This document shows, one piece after another, positions 63,789-64,000 of a stretch of 64,000 bases of DNA. The notes below the pieces were generated by a model. That model was not told where the DNA came from, did no database searches, and saw nothing but the letters and a program-made list of their open reading frames with translations. The first letter of the stretch is position 1, and every line of letters begins with the position of its first letter. Origin of the DNA: Thermoanaerobaculia bacterium (GTDB taxonomy: Bacteria; Acidobacteriota; Thermoanaerobaculia; Multivoradales; JAGPDF01); the NCBI GenBank assembly GCA_046331385.1, contig JAXLQW010000001.1, forward strand, positions 497,596-561,595. The letters run 5' to 3'. A program made the position numbers and the translations under genes.

Positions 63789-64000
63789 ATGACGCAGGAG
63801 AGACGGGGGCTCTGGCAGAAGCTCCGCGCCGGGCTCGCGCGCACCCACGAACGCCTGGTCGAACGCTTGGGGCCGGCGCGCGAGAGCGCGGCGCGGCTCG
63901 ACGAGACGACGCTCGTGGATCTCGAGGAGGCGCTGATCGGCGCCGACCTCGGCGTCGCGACGACCGGCGAGCTGCTCGATCGCCTGCGCGAGCGGGTGCG
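63789..64000 (+). CDS. ftsY: Signal recognition particle receptor FtsY, N-terminal fragment; continues beyond the window
   Basis: MTQERRGLWQKLRAGLARTHERLVERLG...DLEEALIGADLGVATTGELLDRLRERV matches the FtsY N/helical-bundle region. Confidence 0.6.
   Translation, partial: MTQERRGLWQKLRAGLARTHERLVERLGPARESAARLDETTLVDLEEALIGADLGVATTGELLDRLRERV

Overview
This is a ~70% GC chromosomal segment from a Gram-negative bacterium (probably Acidobacteriota- or Myxococcota-like) with dense, well-supported coding on both strands. Most of the long antisense ORFs in the track are GC-rich artefacts. Conserved genes are purA, tRNA-Lys/tRNA-Glu, glnA, hisS, aspS, aroB, aroC, thrC, a class I HMG-CoA reductase plus UbiB, and a GspE/PilB ATPase. 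There is also an AlgI/AlgJ-type O-acetylation cluster. Accessory content includes an IS1380-family insertion inside a heme-copper oxidase operon. That operon carries SCO1 and an unusual cytochrome b-ferredoxin-FlpD fusion gene. There are several giant secreted repeat proteins, and three secreted proteins end in IPTL-CTERM-like sorting signals. Three otherwise unrelated secreted proteins share a strictly C-terminal ~18-aa hydrophilic tag (LF[SG]D[GH]FE[ST]G..W....P-stop), a candidate undescribed sorting or secretion signal. A translationally coupled operon of three phage tail-collar paralogs follows a giant beta-helix protein. Four copies of the tRNA-Glu 3' end sit in tandem, and a further divergent copy lies downstream of a 2.5-kb segment carrying one Tat-secreted PhoD-like gene. 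A ~140-bp intergenic repeat family occurs at four loci. Two perfect TATAAT boxes were also noted.
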